Source: Paecilomyces variotii
Lineage: Eukaryota
Assembly: GCA_004022145.1 (NCBI GenBank)
Contig: RCNU01000006.1
Direction: 5' to 3' (one strand)
DNA length: 64,000 bases
The stretch's first letter is position 1; each line of letters opens with the position of its first letter. The notes beneath the pieces are model-generated. The model was not told the DNA's origin. It searched no databases and saw only the letters and a list, made by a program, of their open reading frames with translations. The position numbers and the translations under genes are program-made. Below are positions 61,386 to 64,000 of this stretch, in pieces.

Positions 61386-62420
61386 ATGGTAGGTTTCGTC
61401 CCCGCTTAGCAACGAGAACAGTCGACGAACATCGATAATTGATACAACCTATACAGGTGACTCCTAACGGTACTTACAAACCGTCCCCATTGTCATTTGG
61501 GTCGCCTCGCACTTCTCCTTTTCGCAGACCCTCGACGCCCAATTCTCCCTCGACGATTGGCCGACCAAGCACACCGGGCAGTTCTCCAGGGAAAGGGCAT
61601 ACCCCCATTCAGTCCCCAAGCAAACTGAACCAGACTTATACCGCCGAAGATGAGGATACTGCTTCAAGCAGCGCTGAGCGGATTCCACAGCCAAAATTTC
61701 GAGAGCCTCCGGCATCTCCTACACCTACGGGCAGGACCAGTGGCCGAGGTAGTTTCTCTTCGACCACGGGGGCCATGTCGGTCGCACGCGGTCCGATAGA
61801 GAACGATTCCCTTTCCAGACTGCCACCGGCGCAGTTAAGGGAGATGCGTGAAGCGTTCCAAGTCCTCGATCGCGATAACGACGGAATAGTGAACAGGGAG
61901 GATGTCGCGGACGTTCTAAGAAACCTGGGTACAGACAGTCTGACAACAATCTCTGATCCATTGCTAAACTTACATTTTAACAGGTCAAGATTCGTCGTCT
62001 GCAGCGGTTGGGCAGTATTTCCCTCCGGGATCATCTCAGACGGTCAATCTACCCACTTTCCTGAATAGCATCTCCACGTTATTGGCTCCTTTGTCATCTT
62101 CTCAAGAACTATTGAACGCCCTCGCTGCCTTTGACGATGATGACAGTGGCCAGATCGATGTGGCAGAGCTGAGGGATGCACTCCTGCACACGAGTCCTGA
62201 GGCTGGGGAGTCCCCTCTTAGCGAACGAGAGATCGACGAAGTCATAGCCGGATTCACTGGGCGAAGAGCATTCGGGCGGACTGCACGAAGCGGTGGCTTT
62301 GCGGGCGGTGCTAAGAAAGGGGACGTTTTCCGCTATCAGGAGTTTGTTGCTAATGTTATGGGCGGCCCAGATAGCGACAAAGCAGGCGCAAAGGCCCAGG
62401 TGGATGCTGTGCGATGGTGA
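61386..62420 (+). CDS. EF-hand protein, probable myosin regulatory light chain with Ser/Pro-rich N-extension (exon 1 is the ATG only)
   Basis: QLREMREAFQVLDRDNDGIVNREDV and LLNALAAFDDDDSGQIDVAELRDALL. Introns 61389-61456 and 61929-61983 join the frames. Confidence 0.85.
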
Positions 62421-63115
62421 GACAAAGTCGAATCCATTTTGCTTATTCGGGGTTTCCTCGGGGTAGGTGTCATGGAGTTCCGGATTGGGATGAACGAACA
62501 AAACGAACTATGATGGACGAAACATGCAGCTGTCATTCATGTCTCACATGCTTGTTAATGTTACCTTTATATGCGTGCGATTTGTGTATTTCTAGAACAA
62601 TAATACTGTTCCGGTAAGATGGTAGACATGTATCCGATTTACGAGCGGAATCGACCATGGGCAGGCAGTAATACAGAACGAGATAGAAAACGGACCGGGC
62701 CCTTTCCAATAATAATGCTTGGACTGGCAAGTATAGGCGGATGCTCCTCCAGTAAGAGTATCATCGGAGGATAATCCATCGATGGTATGGGAGCGGATCG
62801 AGACCTAAACAATTAGGTTGATACTAAACATCGTCGCATGCGGCGCAAGGACCCCTCTCTGGCCTTCCCAGCCTCTCCAGCCATTCTGGTCTCGAATCGC
62901 GCGTCGCGTGTCCCCGCATCCAACGTCCAGCGAAAAGAAAGCACAGGACATCCAGCAGAACCAGCTTGGCGATCGCAATGCTCTGCTCCGCTAGTGTAAA
63001 CTGACTTCGTTTACTTGATCCCGGGAAGTCTGTTGGATGCAGATGCTAATGCTGCTGCTGCAGCATACAGTCTCCCCGCTCTCAGCGTCATCGCGACTGA
63101 CACTGTGAAAAAACG

Positions 63116-64000
63116 ATGGCGAGCAAGCCTCCATCGCAGTCCAATCCTTCTAACGTCACCGTGCCACCGTCGCCCCGAACTGCGCGGACGCTGCGGAAGT
63201 TCCAGTCGCACCAGACGTTGTACTCGAGCTACTCGTCGATCAGCGGTCAGCAGCAGCCTTCGAATGACTCGAGTCCCTCGCGGGCTTCTGGGCTCGATTC
63301 TCCCTTCGATGCGCGAGCCCAGTCGCCAACAACTACTCGGCCACGGAGACGAACGAGATCGAACAGTGATGCCAGTGTGACGGGTTCGGCGATCGTTCAT
63401 CAGACCCCTAAACGACCCGCGAGGAAGACGGGGTCAGGGATAGGGCTGAAAAGATCGAGTCTCGAGAATTTGCTGAGGGATGGACCGCCAAACGGGGATG
63501 TTACTGGAGGTTTGAAGGAATTGCGATATCTTGTTCTGTCTTCGAGGGTGGATGCAGACAGTGATGGCATGGTAAGGATGTTTGCCTTTCCTTCGGGTTT
63601 AACCATGTGTCCACCTTGGGCAGATACTGATCCTGAGGCCTACAGTCCCCCTATAGAATATATCTCTGGCTTGCACTTCTTGATGTTCCCGCCCTGCCCA
63701 CAGACGAATACCTCTCGTTAGTCCACAGAGGGCGTTCACCCGCCTATACAAAGATCCGTAATGATACTTTCCGTACCCTCGCAACGGACCCTCTATTCAA
63801 ACGTCGGGTTACAGAAGCAAGTTTGATTCGGTTGCTGAATGCTGTCGCATGGAAGCTTCACGATGCCAAAACTGGGACTACGGGATCGCGGCCTGGTTCA
63901 CGGAGACGTGAACTTGAACTTGCCATTGATACCCCTCCAGTCATAGCTGAAGAACCATCTGGAGATATACCCGAAGTGAGCTTTGGTCCACCTATCAACT
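63116..64000 (+). CDS. bub2: Bub2/Cdc16 TBC-domain GAP of the SIN/MEN pathway (3' end runs off the window)
   Basis: LKELRYLVL...DGM|SPYRIYLWLALL...SPAYTKIRNDTFRTLATDPLFKRRVTEASLIRLLNAVAW. Confidence 0.9.

Overview
Filamentous-ascomycete chromosomal DNA, most likely Eurotiales (Aspergillus/Paecilomyces-like). Short GT-AG introns with CTRAY branch points break most ORFs. I can support about 19 protein genes: flbD (Myb), an NCBP3-like RNA-binding protein, a LisH/WD40 protein, rpl29, atp16, a cytochrome-b561-domain membrane protein, a cystinosin/ERS1 PQ-loop transporter, a small hypothetical, three C2H2 transcription factors, an ACAD10/11-type phosphotransferase ending in a peroxisomal PTS1, dUTPase, pyridoxal kinase, a Zn2Cys6 factor, a Cys-rich GPI-type protein, mesA/Afi1, a myosin regulatory light chain and the 5' part of bub2. 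Non-genic features include a clean 288-bp Tc1/mariner-pogo-type MITE and small repeats. I see no rRNA, tRNA, CRISPR array or secondary-metabolite cluster, and no clearly new multi-gene system. The best leads are the MITE, a hidden three-exon orphan gene upstream of flbD, a spliced uORF-rich leader on one C2H2 gene, a structured intron with a frameshifting alternative acceptor in pyridoxal kinase, and the stand-alone peroxisomal kinase. All family calls come from motif recognition without database searches, and exon boundaries were read by eye.
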